From Octopus sinensis (taxonomy: Eukaryota): a stretch of 45,886 nt of DNA. The position numbers were made by a program, and so were the translations under genes. The stretch is from contig NW_021834828.1 of the NCBI RefSeq assembly GCF_006345805.1, positions 1-45,886 on the forward strand, in the 5' to 3' direction. The number at the start of each line of letters is the position of its first letter. Within the stretch, counting starts at the first letter, position 1. A model generated the notes under the pieces. The model was not told where the DNA came from. It did no database searches and saw only the letters and a list, made by a program, of their open reading frames with translations. Below are positions 13,518-25,943 of this stretch, piece by piece.

Positions 13518-14183
13518 GAAAGGATGAATGGCAAAGTCGACCTCGGCGGAATTTGAACTCAGAACGTAGCGGCAGACGAAATACCTATTTCTTTACTACC
13601 CACAAGGGGCTAAACACAGAGTGGACAAACAAGGACAGACAAACGGATTAAGTCGATTATATCGACACCAGTGCGTAACTGGTACTTATTTAATCGACCC
13701 CGAAAGGATGAAAGGCAAAGTCAACCTCGGCGGAATTTGAACTCAGAACGTAGCGGCAGACGAAATACCTATTTCTTTACTACCCACAAGGGGCTAAACA
13801 CAGAGAGGAAAACAAGGACAGACAAACGGATTAAGTCGATTATATCGACACCAGTGCGTAACTGGTACTTGATTTATCGACCCCGAAAGGATGAAAGGCA
13901 AAGTCGACCTCGGCGGAATTTGAATTCAGAACGGAGCGGCAGACGAAATACGTATTTCTTTACTACCCACAAGGGGCTAAACACAGAGAGGACAAACAAG
14001 GACAGACAAACGGATTAAGTCGATTATATCGACACCAGTGCGTAACTGGTACTTATTTAATCGACCCCGAAAATATGAAAGGCAAAGTCGACCTTGGGAG
14101 AATTTGAACTCACACCGTAAATACAGAGGAAATACCGCTAAGCATTTCTTCCGGCGCGCTAACGTTTCTGCCAGCTCGCCGCC
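13518..14183 (-). mobile_element. SINE type D concatemer: one head, three full ~184-bp units and a partial body
   Basis: The unit junction motif gaaATAC(C/G)tatttc recurs at 13581, 13765 and 13948 (spacing 184, 183). The head gcggcgagctggcagaaacg occurs only once, at the 14183 end. Confidence 0.92.
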
Positions 14184-15024
14184 TTCATATATAACATAAT
14201 ATACACCTACGATATATCCTAGATGCATTTGTCTAGTAAGCGCTTTCATCTAAATTTGTTTTAAAACTAAAATAATTGCAGCGCCGATGGCACTTATTTA
14301 CCATTCAAGAAGACACATAAATATTGACTTCACTTAAGCAATTTATTATTCTGTGTCGGAACTTGCGTCGAACAAATTGCAACCTGGTCACCAACGACGC
14401 TGCTCTGCATCTGCGTGGAATGGTTGAGAATGACAAGTTCGCAGCTGTGACGAAGAATTTTGACATCAAATAATAAATCGTTAACTGAAGTTAACAATTT
14501 TTGAGCAGTTAATATATTTCTTGCTGGCTACAATTGTTGAAGATATAGATATCACGATAAGAAGACAATAATTCATGTGTAACAGATTTCCTACAGAATC
14601 AAAGAGAACATTGAAAAAAATTTATCTGCTTATATAGTGATATTTAAAACCATAAATACTTAAAATTATTTAGCTGTGTATAATAGAAATTTGGCCATAT
14701 ATATATATATTGTAATATTTCTATAGAAACATTAAGGTATGTGTAATGTACAATCTGTTAAAACTGGAATGCCATTATTATTCATATTCAGAGAATATAG
14801 ATGTCATAAAGAGAAATATGTTTTTTTCATAAACTCATTCAATTCTAGGGTGAATATGTTTTCAACAGTGAAAACAAAATATCAGATGTAACAAAGATTT
14901 TAATTCGAATGATCATATTTTATTTATACATAGAGTGCCCGTGTATATGTACATGTGCGTGTGTGTGTGTGAGTGTGTGTATGAATGAGTGAGGGACAGA
15001 GAGTCAGAATGCGTTTACACGCTT

Positions 15025-15142
15025 ATGTGTGTGTATTTATATATGTATATATACATATATATATGTGTGTGTGTGTATATGTATGCATATGTATATAGAC
15101 ATATATATATATACATACATGTATAAATATGCGTGTGTGTTA

Positions 15143-15176
<34 letters not shown>

Positions 15177-15828
15177 CATATATATATATATATACACACA
15201 TATATATATATACATACATGTATACATATATACATATATATATATACACACATATTCATATATATATATATATATTATATATATATATACACACACACAT
15301 ATATATATACGTACATATATACATATATACATATATATATGTATATATATACATACATATTCATATATATATACATACAGACAAACACACACACACAAAT
15401 ACACACACATATATACATATATATACTAGAACATTTACATAGATCGATCGATAGATAAGTAGGCATGTAAATATTGATATAGATAAGAGTATATATCTTA
15501 CTGTGTGTGGTGTGTGGTGTGTGTGTGTGTGTGTTGTGTGTGTGTGTGTATGTGTGTATGTGTGAGTGTTTTCTATATTTCATATGGCTAAGTCTATCTC
15601 TATAGACTCCTCCACCATATTGATACACGATTGTACGTTTCTCAGACTTTATGTATACTTCGATGCAATTAATGGCATTAGCAATTTTATTGTATCAAAT
15701 TTCAAATTCACACCTGCTGATAGGAATTAAACAGTTTATATAGGCAAATGATTCTCTCTCTACCCCCTCTCTCTCTCTATATATATATCTATATATATAT
15801 ATAGAGAGAGAGAGACAGACAAAGATAA

Positions 15829-15911
<83 letters not shown>

Positions 15912-16110
15912 AAGATATGGATATATATATATATATATATTGATAGATAGATAGATACATAGATATGGATATATATATATAGATAGATAGAGATATAGAT
16001 ATGGATATATATATATATATATGGATATATATCTATGTTGATATATATACATATATACTTACATATATGTGTGTGGGCGTGCGTGTGCACGTGTATGTGC
16101 ATGTATGTAT
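15025..16110. repeat. (TA/CA/GATA)n microsatellite blocks
   Basis: Visible directly; a short unique spacer lies at ~15560-15765. Confidence 0.9.
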
Positions 16111-16419
16111 ATACACATAAATATATTCATATATACAATGTTTGTTATTTATAAAAATACAGAACTTAAAAAATATCATTTCAACGTATTGCAGGTTCAT
16201 ATAAAAATATATCTAACTGTTATCCTCTCTCTCTCTCTCTCGTTCTCTTTCTTAGTCTATATCTCTATCAATCTCTCTCTCTCACACACACTCTCTCTCT
16301 CTCTCTCACAGACACACACTCTCTCTCTCTCTCACACACAAACACGCCCACACACTCCGACACTCACATATATGCCTGCGTATACGTGTGTTATGCGAGT
16401 GAGAGTGTAACGTACGCTG

Positions 16420-16454
<35 letters not shown>

Positions 16455-16802
16455 TATATATAGATCTATATATGAAGAGAGTGAAGGAGTGAGTGAAAGA
16501 GTAACAAATTGAGAGAAATAGAGAGAGAAAGATTATTTACAAAAACTCTTATTTAAGCACATTTTTTTTCCTACAAGAGAGAAATTTATTTACATCGTTG
16601 ATACAAACAGCCATTAAGGTGTAGTTTTGAATCTGCAAGATCCGAGAAGTTTCCACTGATATTTCGTTAAACAGTGACGATTTCGAATTAACCACCGCTG
16701 TGGGATGCTTTTCAACTAATGGCGAAAAATAATATGTGAAGAATATAAAATAATACACGAAGACGCAATCCTCTGGTCACTAATAACGAATTCGTGGCAG
16801 TT

Positions 16803-17460
16803 TGGGCAAGTGTCTTCCAGAACAGGCTCGGGTCAACCAAGGCCTTGTGAGTGGATATGGTAGACGGAAAGTGAAAGTAGACTGTCGTACACACAAATAC
16901 ACATATATATATATGTATATATATATGCATGTATATATATATATATATATACATGCATACATACATGCATATATATGTGTGTGTGTGTATGTACGACAGT
17001 ACATATATGGATGTATACATATATATGTATGTATATAAATATGAATATATGTGTATATATATATATATATTATATATATATATATATTAATTTATAAATA
17101 AGGATAATATCGATATTTAAATATCGATATTATCAAGTGGCCAGTATGGGAATAAACACCATACAAAGGTAATAATTTTTTACAACTATAAATAAGGGTG
17201 TCTGAATAACGTGTATAACGTGTGTTCTGTATATATATATATATATATATATATTTGTATTTATGTGCCCATCTGATATATTCAACTGATGAAGGCAGAG
17301 CTTATTTGAAGCAAAGCTAGAAATCCAGGATATTGAATAATTCAGTAATATCTTTTTGATAGTCTATTTTGTCCCTCTTGTCTGATCTCATGGTGCGATA
17401 TGAACATTTAAGGTGGTCAGGGATTTGACTGCTTTTTCGGCATGGTAGTGTCTCTCAGAC

Positions 17461-17505
<45 letters not shown>

Positions 17506-17717
17506 ATATATGTATATATCTTCCTGTGTCAAATTTCGTGTCTGTGTTTGCCCCTCCCCCATTACCTACTGACAACCGCTGCTGGTGTGTTTACGTCCTC
17601 GTAAATTAGCAATTCGGCAAAGGAATATTCACTAGGCTTGAAAAAATGTCCCGGATTCGATAATGCTCCAGCATGGCCTCAATGATATGACTGCACTGAA
17701 ACACGTAAAGGAATAAA
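16803..17717 (+). mobile_element. SINE type A split by nested insertions (5' half 16803-16890, 3' half ~17537-17717)
   Basis: The 5' half ends ..gtagactgtcgta where the internal microsatellite normally starts. The 3' half resumes gtgtctgtgtttg..gacaaccg..ctccagcatggc. Confidence 0.7.
17279..17339 (+). ncRNA. Type I hammerhead ribozyme, intact core
   Basis: Stem I TATTCAA(17279-85)/TTGAATA(17333-39); CTGATGA 17286-92; stem II GGC/GCT plus GCTT/AAGC; GAAA 17320-23; stem III ATCC-a-GGAT; AUA cleavage triplet 17330-32. Confidence 0.8.
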
Positions 17718-17718
17718 G

Positions 17719-17755
<37 letters not shown>

Positions 17756-17759
17756 CACA

Positions 17760-17905
17760 CATTTGGCGTTAGGAAGGGCATCCAGCCGTAGAAACACTGC
17801 CAGATCTGACTGGGCCTGGTGCAGCCTTCCGGCTTCACAGACCCCAGTTGAACCGTTCAACCGATGCTAGCATGGAAAACTGACGCTAAATGATGATGAT
17901 GATGA

Positions 17906-17908
<3 letters not shown>
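17760..17908 (+). mobile_element. 3' part of a further SINE type (ggcgttaggaagggcatccagccgta.. with (GAT)n tail)
   Basis: The aggaagggcatcc motif resembles conserved invertebrate SINE central domains (Nin/Deu-type, from memory). Tail gctagcatggaaaactgacgctaaa(tga)n. Confidence 0.7.
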
Positions 17909-17939
<31 letters not shown>

Positions 17940-17982
17940 CCTTCAGCGTATTTACATATATACAAACACACATATACATACA

Positions 17983-18045
<63 letters not shown>

Positions 18046-18426
18046 AAATGTATATCTATATTCACGTATATTAAAATTTGAAAGTAAGTGTCGTAGCTCT
18101 CTTTGTAGAAATATCATTTCATTGACTTTTATTATAATTTCGCACGAAGAATAACGTAGTTATATCTCCGTTTAGTAGCAAAAGTTATTACGTATTCTCT
18201 GTGTTATGCTAATTTCAGTTAGTATCAATATATTTAATACAAGCTGTATCATAAGCTCTCTGGAATTTAATTATTTTTCGTTGTATCTTATTTATTTCCG
18301 TCTTAATTCCATGAGTTTTGTAATATTCTCCAAAGAATATACGTTAACACTATTGTTAAGTTAAAGTTAACATAATTAATGTAAATGACACGGCTGTTTT
18401 ATGTAAGTCTCAATATAATTATGTAT

Positions 18427-18690
18427 GTGGAGGCGTGTGGCTTAGTGGTTAGGGTGTCAGCATCCTGATCGTAAGATTGTGGTTTCGATTCCTGGACCGG
18501 GTGACGCGTTGTGTTCTTGAGCAAAACGCTTCATTTCACGTTGCTCCAGTCCACTCAGCTGGCAAAAATAAGTAACGCTGCGATGGACTGGCGTCCCGTC
18601 CAGCTGGGAAATACATACGCCATTAAAACCGGGAAACCGGGCCCGTGAGCCTGGCTAGGCTTTAAAAAGGGGCGCATTTATTTTTTTAAT
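18427..18690 (+). mobile_element. tRNA-derived SINE type C (CORE-like centre)
   Basis: Head ggaggcgtgtggcttagtggttagg..ggtttcgattcc; centre ttgagcaaaac..ctccagtccactcagctg..gcgatggactggcgtcccgtccag. A diverged copy lies at ~41452-41700. Confidence 0.85.
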
Positions 18691-19139
18691 TCTTTTTAAC
18701 CGATGGAGAATATTCTACTTTTAATCGATGATACGCTACTCAATGCTTCACGACGAATGGTAAAAGTCTAAAATCTTATTGTTGATGTCGAATCCTTAAT
18801 GAAACACATCCTGAGCTATTCTCTCTTCTCTCTTTACACGTTTGTTGGACTCCTTACAAAGAAATATAAGGTACTGTTGCAGTCGATGGCAAATTTATGC
18901 TGAATAAAGAAGGCACGCAATTAAAGCGTAATGATGAGAGGCCCGCCTCCTACGATGCAGGATAGGCTAAAAATGGCAACGCTTCATCCTTGAATATCCC
19001 ACCGATATACTCGTTTACTCTTTTACTCGTTTCAGTCATTTGATTGCGGCCATGCTGTAGCACCGCCTTTCGTGGAACAAATCGACGGAGAGGATGTCCA
19101 AATATATCTCCAAGCCGTTTAAATGCACAGCCCTCCAAT

Positions 19140-20120
19140 ATTGAAATGGCTGAAAAGTGTGTAAGACTTTAGGGTCCGAAAGATTTGTTCAGAAAAGAGG
19201 GTTACCTCTTCTCTGAAACCGTTCAGCTGTTCAGCTCTCTTGAGAGTTGTTCACCATCTTAGCAATTCATTGTTTTTTTTTTCTAAATAATTTTGTCCAC
19301 CTCTACAACATTTTCATAGCGGTTTTGTAATTTGAATAAATTTTACGTATTTTCAGACAAGACGATGAAGTGCCAACAAGTATAAAATTTACATTTTCGG
19401 CAAATGCTGTTCTTCGTTCTAAGTGAAGATTCCAAAACTGTTCAAAGCCATCGGAAACATTTCTGCTATGTAAGGAGATATTTTCATTAGTTAAAGAAGT
19501 GCACAGAACTGATTTCTGCGTTTGAAAGATTGAAAATTCGACCAAACAAATCTTACATTTTCAGGAAGATCTTTTCCCTGAAAGAGGATTGACCGAATGA
19601 GATCATTTATGAAGATTCTCGCCAATCCGCTAGAGTGAGGTGCAGTACACAGGAAGCCCTCATCATATCGTTGATTGCAACTTCCCTTCGATGTTCAAAG
19701 TCGAAATAAACTAACATCGCGAGAGTTTCTTCAACAGGCTAACGCTCGCCCGCACTGTACCAATTAGACCAAAAACCATTATTCAATAGCTCAGCCTAGA
19801 ATTTCTAACCTACCCCAAATATTCTCATGATATATCGCTTCTATATTGTCCTCATTTACGGTCGCTCTCTAAAGATTGCTCAGCGTTTGATGCGACAAAA
19901 ATATGGAGGTGAAATACATGGTTCGATGAATTCTTCACGTAAAGAGCGTGTGATTTCTATCGTCAGGAAACTGGCAAGATCATGGAATGTTACCAAGAGG
20001 TTGTGAACATTGAAGTAGAATATATTATTATAGCATTCACTGATTTGTTGATATATTTGAGAATAAATAAGGATTAAAATATATGAAATAAAATGGAACT
20101 GACTTATCTGATAAAACAAT
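19140..20120 (+). mobile_element. Decayed mariner transposon (transposase pseudogene ~19365-20033, internally deleted)
   Basis: With frameshifts: MKCQQV*NLHFRQMLFF (N-terminus); FLQQANARPH; LEFLTYPKYSHDI..HLRSL (= HPPYSPDLAP..HLFRSL); WFDEFF..DFYRQ..YQEVVNIEVEYII (mariner C-terminus). Confidence 0.85.
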
Positions 20121-20689
20121 ACCTAAATGTATATATAGATATATAATATAATATAATATATATGTGTGTGTATGCACATATATGTAAGTATATATGTATG
20201 TGTGTATATATATATGTATATATATGTGTGTGTGTATATAGATGTGTGTGTGTGGGGGGGGGTGCGTGTTTGTGTACAGCGAGAGAGCGAAAGAGGTGGA
20301 GAGAGGGAGTGAGTGTGTGAGTGAGTGACAGCTGCTCTCGAATATAAATTTGCGAGTGGAGACATTATTTTGCAGTAACCAACGTAGATTATTAGTGTGT
20401 TTTTTTTTCGTGAATTTCTGTATTAAAATTCCTCTGTTTTTTTTGTTGTTTGTATTATGTTAACATCTGTTTGATATCTTTTAATAACAACAAAGAGAAA
20501 AACAAAACAAAAAAACAAAAACAAAATCAAAACAAACGAATAAACAAAAGCTAAACGACAACATCGCCCATAACATGATTGTGTTCGTGATTCACAAAAC
20601 ATCTTTTTTTTTTCTCTCCTACCACCGTCAACACAATGAGTTCCACCTCCAACTCCATCCACCAATAACAAATATAACCACCATCATCA

Positions 20690-21461
20690 CCACCACTAAA
20701 ACCCCCGCTACCACCACCACCACCACCACCACCACCACCACCACCACCACCACCACCACCACCACCATCAAAACAACAACAACAACAACAACAACGACGA
20801 CGACGACGACGACAATGATAACATCATCAATACGAAAAAACTCAATTTTTGCTTTTAGAATTTAGTAACTACTTGTTACATTCTTGTAGCTTTGATTTTC
20901 GTTGAAGGCATTTAAAAAAAAAAAACAAGAAGGAAAAAAAAAAACCAACAAAAAATATTTTCAGAAATTTTTTTTTTCTCTCTGTATCCTTGTCTGAAAT
21001 TCCGGGATAGATAAAAGGTTTTTGCGAAATCATTTCTTTATATATATATATTTTTTTTAGTAGAAATGTCGTTGATGGTGGAGTTGTCTTTATAGAACAT
21101 GTTTCTTTTTACCATTTTTTTTTTTTGGTATTTCCTTGGTAAATCCCTAAAAAAAACACACACACACACAAACATATTTCTCTGTCTTCTCTTCTCTTCT
21201 CACTGCGTCTTTCTGGTAAAGATATATAACAGGAACAAACGAAAAAAGATGGGGAGGAAAATCCTACATCGACTTCGGATTATAATAAATAGCAGTTTTA
21301 CTGGAAATGCTTCGACGGAAATCAAATGAAAAGAGATTAAAAGGAAATGGAAGACTATAAAACAAACTAAGAGGGAGATGTTATTTATTCAACTCACGGA
21401 TTGAGACGATAAAATATGTAAAATTTTGTTGCAAATAACAACATCTATAATGATAATGATG

Positions 21462-21527
<66 letters not shown>

Positions 21528-21975
21528 TATACACACATACATATTTTTTTTTTTTTTTTTTTTAGACATTCATTAGTACAACATCCCCACCCCCCAAATA
21601 TATGGCACACTAGGCATAACAACAACATGAACTTCCAACCCTGTTGTCTCTTGAGGTCTCTGGGTGAGACTTGGAGCCAACTTGTACAAATATAAAGCAA
21701 AAGTCAAACATAGAATAATAATAATAATAATAATAATGATGCTAATAATAGTGATAATATTTATGATGAGGAAAATGATGATGATGAAGAGGATAACGAT
21801 GATGTTGGTAATGGTGATGGTGATGGTGACGATGATGATGACGAGGAGGAGGAGGATTGTGATGATGATGATGATGATTGTGATGATGATGATGATCATG
21901 ATGACGATGTTGTTGATGATAATGACGATGATGATGATGATGATGATGATGATTGTGATGATGTTGATGACGATA

Positions 21976-22008
<33 letters not shown>

Positions 22009-22210
22009 GTGATGATGATGATGATGATTGTGATGATGATGATGATGATTGTGATGATGATGATGATGATTGTGATGATGATGATGAGAATGAAGACGAT
22101 GATGATGATGATAATGATGAGAATGATGACGATGATGATTGTGATGATTGTGATGATGATGATGATGATGATTGTGATGATGCTGCTACTGCTGATGATG
22201 CTGATGATGA
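20690..22210. repeat. (ACC/AAC/GAC)n, (AAT)n and long (GAT)n tracts with short unique spacers
   Basis: Tracts at ~20690-20820, 21445-21527 and 21715-22210. Confidence 0.9.
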
Positions 22211-22435
22211 TATCTGCCAGGAATAATACAGGAGGAATTTATTGGAAACGAGAACCTACATATTTTATCATTCCTTGGGCTGAAATTACCTTTAATAGAC
22301 TTACTCGGACGAGAAACTAATTTGGACCGAAATGTAGACCGTAAATTAATGTTTGTAATATGTGTCCGCGCGTGTCTCGGTGTTTAACACACATACACAT
22401 AAACATATAAGAGCAAACACATTTACTCATGTGCG

Positions 22436-22498
<63 letters not shown>

Positions 22499-22504
22499 GT
22501 CTAC

Positions 22505-22568
<64 letters not shown>

Positions 22569-22569
22569 G

Positions 22570-22604
<35 letters not shown>

Positions 22605-22882
22605 TGTAAGTGGGCGTGAGTATGTAAGTATGTATATATAATATATATGTGTGTATGTGTTTGTGTAGGGGTGTGTGTGTGCGAGAATTTGAATGCGTAT
22701 ATGTATATAGCTTTATCGTAGATACATACATACATACAGACATGCAGACATATATATATATATATATATATATACTCACAAACATAATCATATAAATAAA
22801 TACTATATGCATATATACTTACATGTACATACCTACATATATATATATATATATACTTTATTTTAAGCAGCAGAAAATTCAA

Positions 22883-22932
22883 CAAAATCTGTTACTCTGA
22901 GTTTCTCGTTGCCGTTCATCAGACAGTTTTTG
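22883..22932 (-). ncRNA. Mirror copy of the same hammerhead (left arm)
   Basis: Exact reverse complement of 22984-23033. Confidence 0.75.
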
Positions 22933-22983
22933 CTAGAATGGAACATATATATTAATGGAATTAATATATATGTTCCATTCTAG

Positions 22984-23033
22984 CAAAAACTGTCTGATGA
23001 ACGGCAACGAGAAACTCAGAGTAACAGATTTTG
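22984..23033 (+). ncRNA. Type I hammerhead ribozyme, intact core (right arm of palindrome)
   Basis: CAAAA-a-CTGT / ACAG-a-TTTTG stem I; CTGATGA 22994-23000; A-CG gcaa CG-A; GAAA 23011-14; ACTC-a-GAGT stem III; GUA triplet 23021-23. Confidence 0.75.
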
Positions 23034-23210
23034 TTGAATTTTCTGCTGCTTAAAATAAAGCATATACTCTACCACTGGTATTTGAGTACTCTTTTTTCCA
23101 CCTTGTTTCACATTTATGTGTTTACTCCGGTATATATATATATATATATATATCTATATATATATATATATATATATATATAGATATATATATATTATAT
23201 ATATATATAT

Positions 23211-23244
<34 letters not shown>

Positions 23245-23256
23245 ATATATATATAT

Positions 23257-23307
<51 letters not shown>

Positions 23308-23548
23308 ATATACATGCATATATGAGTACAGAACGTCAAAGAAAGTGAAAAAAATCGGAAACGAGAACATAAAAAACAAAAACATGGAACCGAACGTTGC
23401 CTTCATCAGTTGTCCCCTGTTTTATCTACTCCGCGTTTCGAGCGTATACATATACATATATATGCATATACATATACATATATATATATATGTATGTATA
23501 TTAATATGTATACATACACACACACACACATATATATATATATAATAT

Positions 23549-23580
<32 letters not shown>

Positions 23581-23583
23581 AAT

Positions 23584-23853
23584 ATCACGTGATCACGTGA
23601 TCACGTGACCGACCAGACATCAGATGTTGCTACACATCGCTGGTCACAATGCATTCACATTGTTTTAGCCATCGAACGACGCCACCTCACTGGCTAAGCG
23701 AGCAGGCCAACAGAAGAAAGTGGGAGAAGAGTGGTGAAAGAGCTTTTAAGTGTTTTCGCTCAATAAACACACACAACGCCTGGTCTGGGAATCGAAACTG
23801 CGATCCTATGACAGCGAGTCCACTGCCCTAACCACTGTGCCATTGCGCCTCCA

Positions 23854-23854
<1 letters not shown>
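23584..23854 (-). mobile_element. SINE type B, tail variant 1
   Basis: Reverse complement of the ggaggcgcaatggc.. head; tail ends in (atcacgtg)3. Confidence 0.88.
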
Positions 23855-23914
<60 letters not shown>

Positions 23915-24384
23915 GTATGTATATACAAGTAAAGATATAAAAGTTTGTTTTTGATGTTCAGTTATAATATAAACAATTTTACATTAAACTGAAGGATTAT
24001 TTGATACGTTTTTGTAGAGTACATATTAGATATTTCTTTGCAATAAAATTGGTGGGAGTAACGTCTAACTCAATGGCTTTCTTAGCCTTCATGCGCCTTT
24101 CAGATTAATTTTAAGCAGGCAGAAACATTGTAGAGACTGTCAATAGTATTCATGTAAAACAATAATAAATATAAGAATAGATATATGTGTGTATATGCGT
24201 TAGAATTATATAGATATTACATTAATTATTTTCATATATATTTTTGCATTTTTATACCTCAAGATTTTAACTCTCACCTAAATATTACAGCTATGATTGC
24301 AGAATTACATGGATTACTAGACAGGTTTAATAAAACAGTTATTAGAATAATAATAATCGAGTAATAATCGCTTACATATTTATA

Positions 24385-24547
24385 CAGGTGTGGCTGTGTG
24401 GTTAGCAGCTTAATTACCAACCACATAGTTCGGTGTTCGGTCCCACGGCGTGGCACTTTGGGCAAGAAGTGACTTCTACTATAGCCTCAGGCCGACCGAA
24501 GCCTTGCGAGTGGATTTAGTAGAGGGAAACTGAAAGAAGCCCGTCGG
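24385..24547 (+). mobile_element. SINE type A 5' half
   Basis: tggctgtgtggttag..gaaactgaaagaagcccgtcg, followed directly by an HHR module. Confidence 0.85.
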
Positions 24548-24611
24548 ACATATGTTGATTCGCTAGCTTCTGCACGCATTTTTTTCTCTCCTTGTTTCTT
24601 TTGTGTGTATC

Positions 24612-24645
24612 TTTCTGTTGAAGAGCCTAGGCTCGAAACGTAAAA
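24612..24645 (+). ncRNA. Minimal hammerhead motif, core CTGTTGA (A6U)
   Basis: TTT-CTGTTGA-A-GAGC ctag GCTC-GAAA-CGT-A|AAA. Confidence 0.6.
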
Positions 24646-24751
24646 TACTTGCTTTATTTATATTCCTGAGCGCCATACTAATACAATTGTTTGTCTGTAT
24701 TCCACCTGCCTTCGTTTTTTGTTTATTTTTATAAAGCTTCCCGTTTATATA

Positions 24752-24798
<47 letters not shown>

Positions 24799-24816
24799 TA
24801 TATATATATTCTATCG

Positions 24817-24905
24817 GGTTCTTTTGCCCAGCCGCTATGTTACGGGGACATAAACACCAACATCGGTTGTCAAGGGATGGTAGAGAGACAAACACAGACA
24901 CACAA
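24817..24905 (-). mobile_element. SINE type A 3'-half fragment, opposite strand
   Basis: cggggacataaacaccaacatcggttgtcaag is the reverse complement of the type A 3' body. Confidence 0.75.
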
Positions 24906-24930
24906 GCACACAAACAAAATCACTCACTCA

Positions 24931-24967
<37 letters not shown>

Positions 24968-25012
24968 ATATATATATATATTATATATATATATTATATA
25001 TATATACGCACA

Positions 25013-25477
25013 CAGGTATTGTGCTTTGTTGAGATTCTTATTTCATCAAATACGCCTCTGGCTTTTTAAACTGAATAGAGACAAGAAATATAACACGTAG
25101 AACTGCCCCTATTAGATGACTGGTAATTCATTTCGTTGATGCTAGGAAGGAGGACAAACTCTGGTTACCTTAAATATTTTAGCTCTACCATTCCATATTT
25201 TCTATGCTTTTATTGTCTTTCTGTAAGCACGAGTTACATCAATTTTTTTGTAAAGCTATTCCAAGTTATAACGATTAAATATATTTTGTATATCATATAA
25301 TAAACATTATTTTCTTTTCGATAGTAAATAATCTCCCTTTACTTATCGCCATGACATACCAGATATTTGGCCTTCTGATGGCCATCTTCATTTTCGCGTC
25401 TATATACTGTTTAACCAATTCCATTCTTCTTATAACAATAGCTTGCTGCTGCTGCTACTACTACTACTACTACAACA

Positions 25478-25511
<34 letters not shown>

Positions 25512-25603
25512 TAACTACTGCTACTACTACTACTACTACTACTACTACAACAACTACTACTACTACTACTACAACAACTACTACTACTACTACAACAACA
25601 ACA

Positions 25604-25643
<40 letters not shown>

Positions 25644-25900
25644 TATTTCTACTACTACTACTTTACCAAACGAGTTCTTATTGGTTCCGGTAATTTATGC
25701 TCAGAGTGCAAGCACTGACCAGATGAGATTTGTAGTTTGTCCGCCTTCCTAGAATCGACGAAATGAACTACCAGTCATCTAATCGGGGCCGCTCTACGTT
25801 TTACATGTCTTGCCTCTATTCAGTTTATAAAGCCAGGGGCGTATTTGATGAAATAAGAATCTCATATGCCATTTTCTGTGGAATCTACATAGCCCAATAC

Positions 25901-25904
<4 letters not shown>
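25013..25904. mobile_element. ~890-bp unit with long inverted ends (putative Tc1/pogo-type non-autonomous element)
   Basis: 25031-25160 versus the reverse complement of ~25734-25863: about 13 mismatches in ~130 bp. The outer ends read CAGGTATTG..CAATACCTG-TA. Confidence 0.65.

Positions 25905-25943
<39 letters not shown>

Larger units (their letters stand above)
22856..23060. repeat. Perfect palindrome: 101-bp arms, 3-nt loop (GGA)
   Basis: 22856-22956 is the exact reverse complement of 22960-23060. Confidence 0.97.

Noticed and set aside
13518-14183. ORFs (RPRKDERQSRPRRNLNSE..) recurring across the window
   Set aside because: They are antisense readings of SINE type D, not a protein family.
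21664-22320. 218-aa Met-rich ORF
   Set aside because: It is the (GAT)n tract read as ATG; the unique tail is short and unrecognised.
23341-23445. Minus-strand gctcGAAAcgcg...CTGATGAaggca as a permuted hammerhead
   Set aside because: Stems I and II cannot be paired. It is probably a truncated relative of the 17279 module (shared caactgatgaaggca).
25351-25752. ORF with a hydrophobic N-terminus (MTYQIFGLLMAIF..) as a secreted peptide
   Set aside because: It continues into a (TAC)n poly-Tyr tract inside an inverted-repeat element; no supporting splice or family signal.
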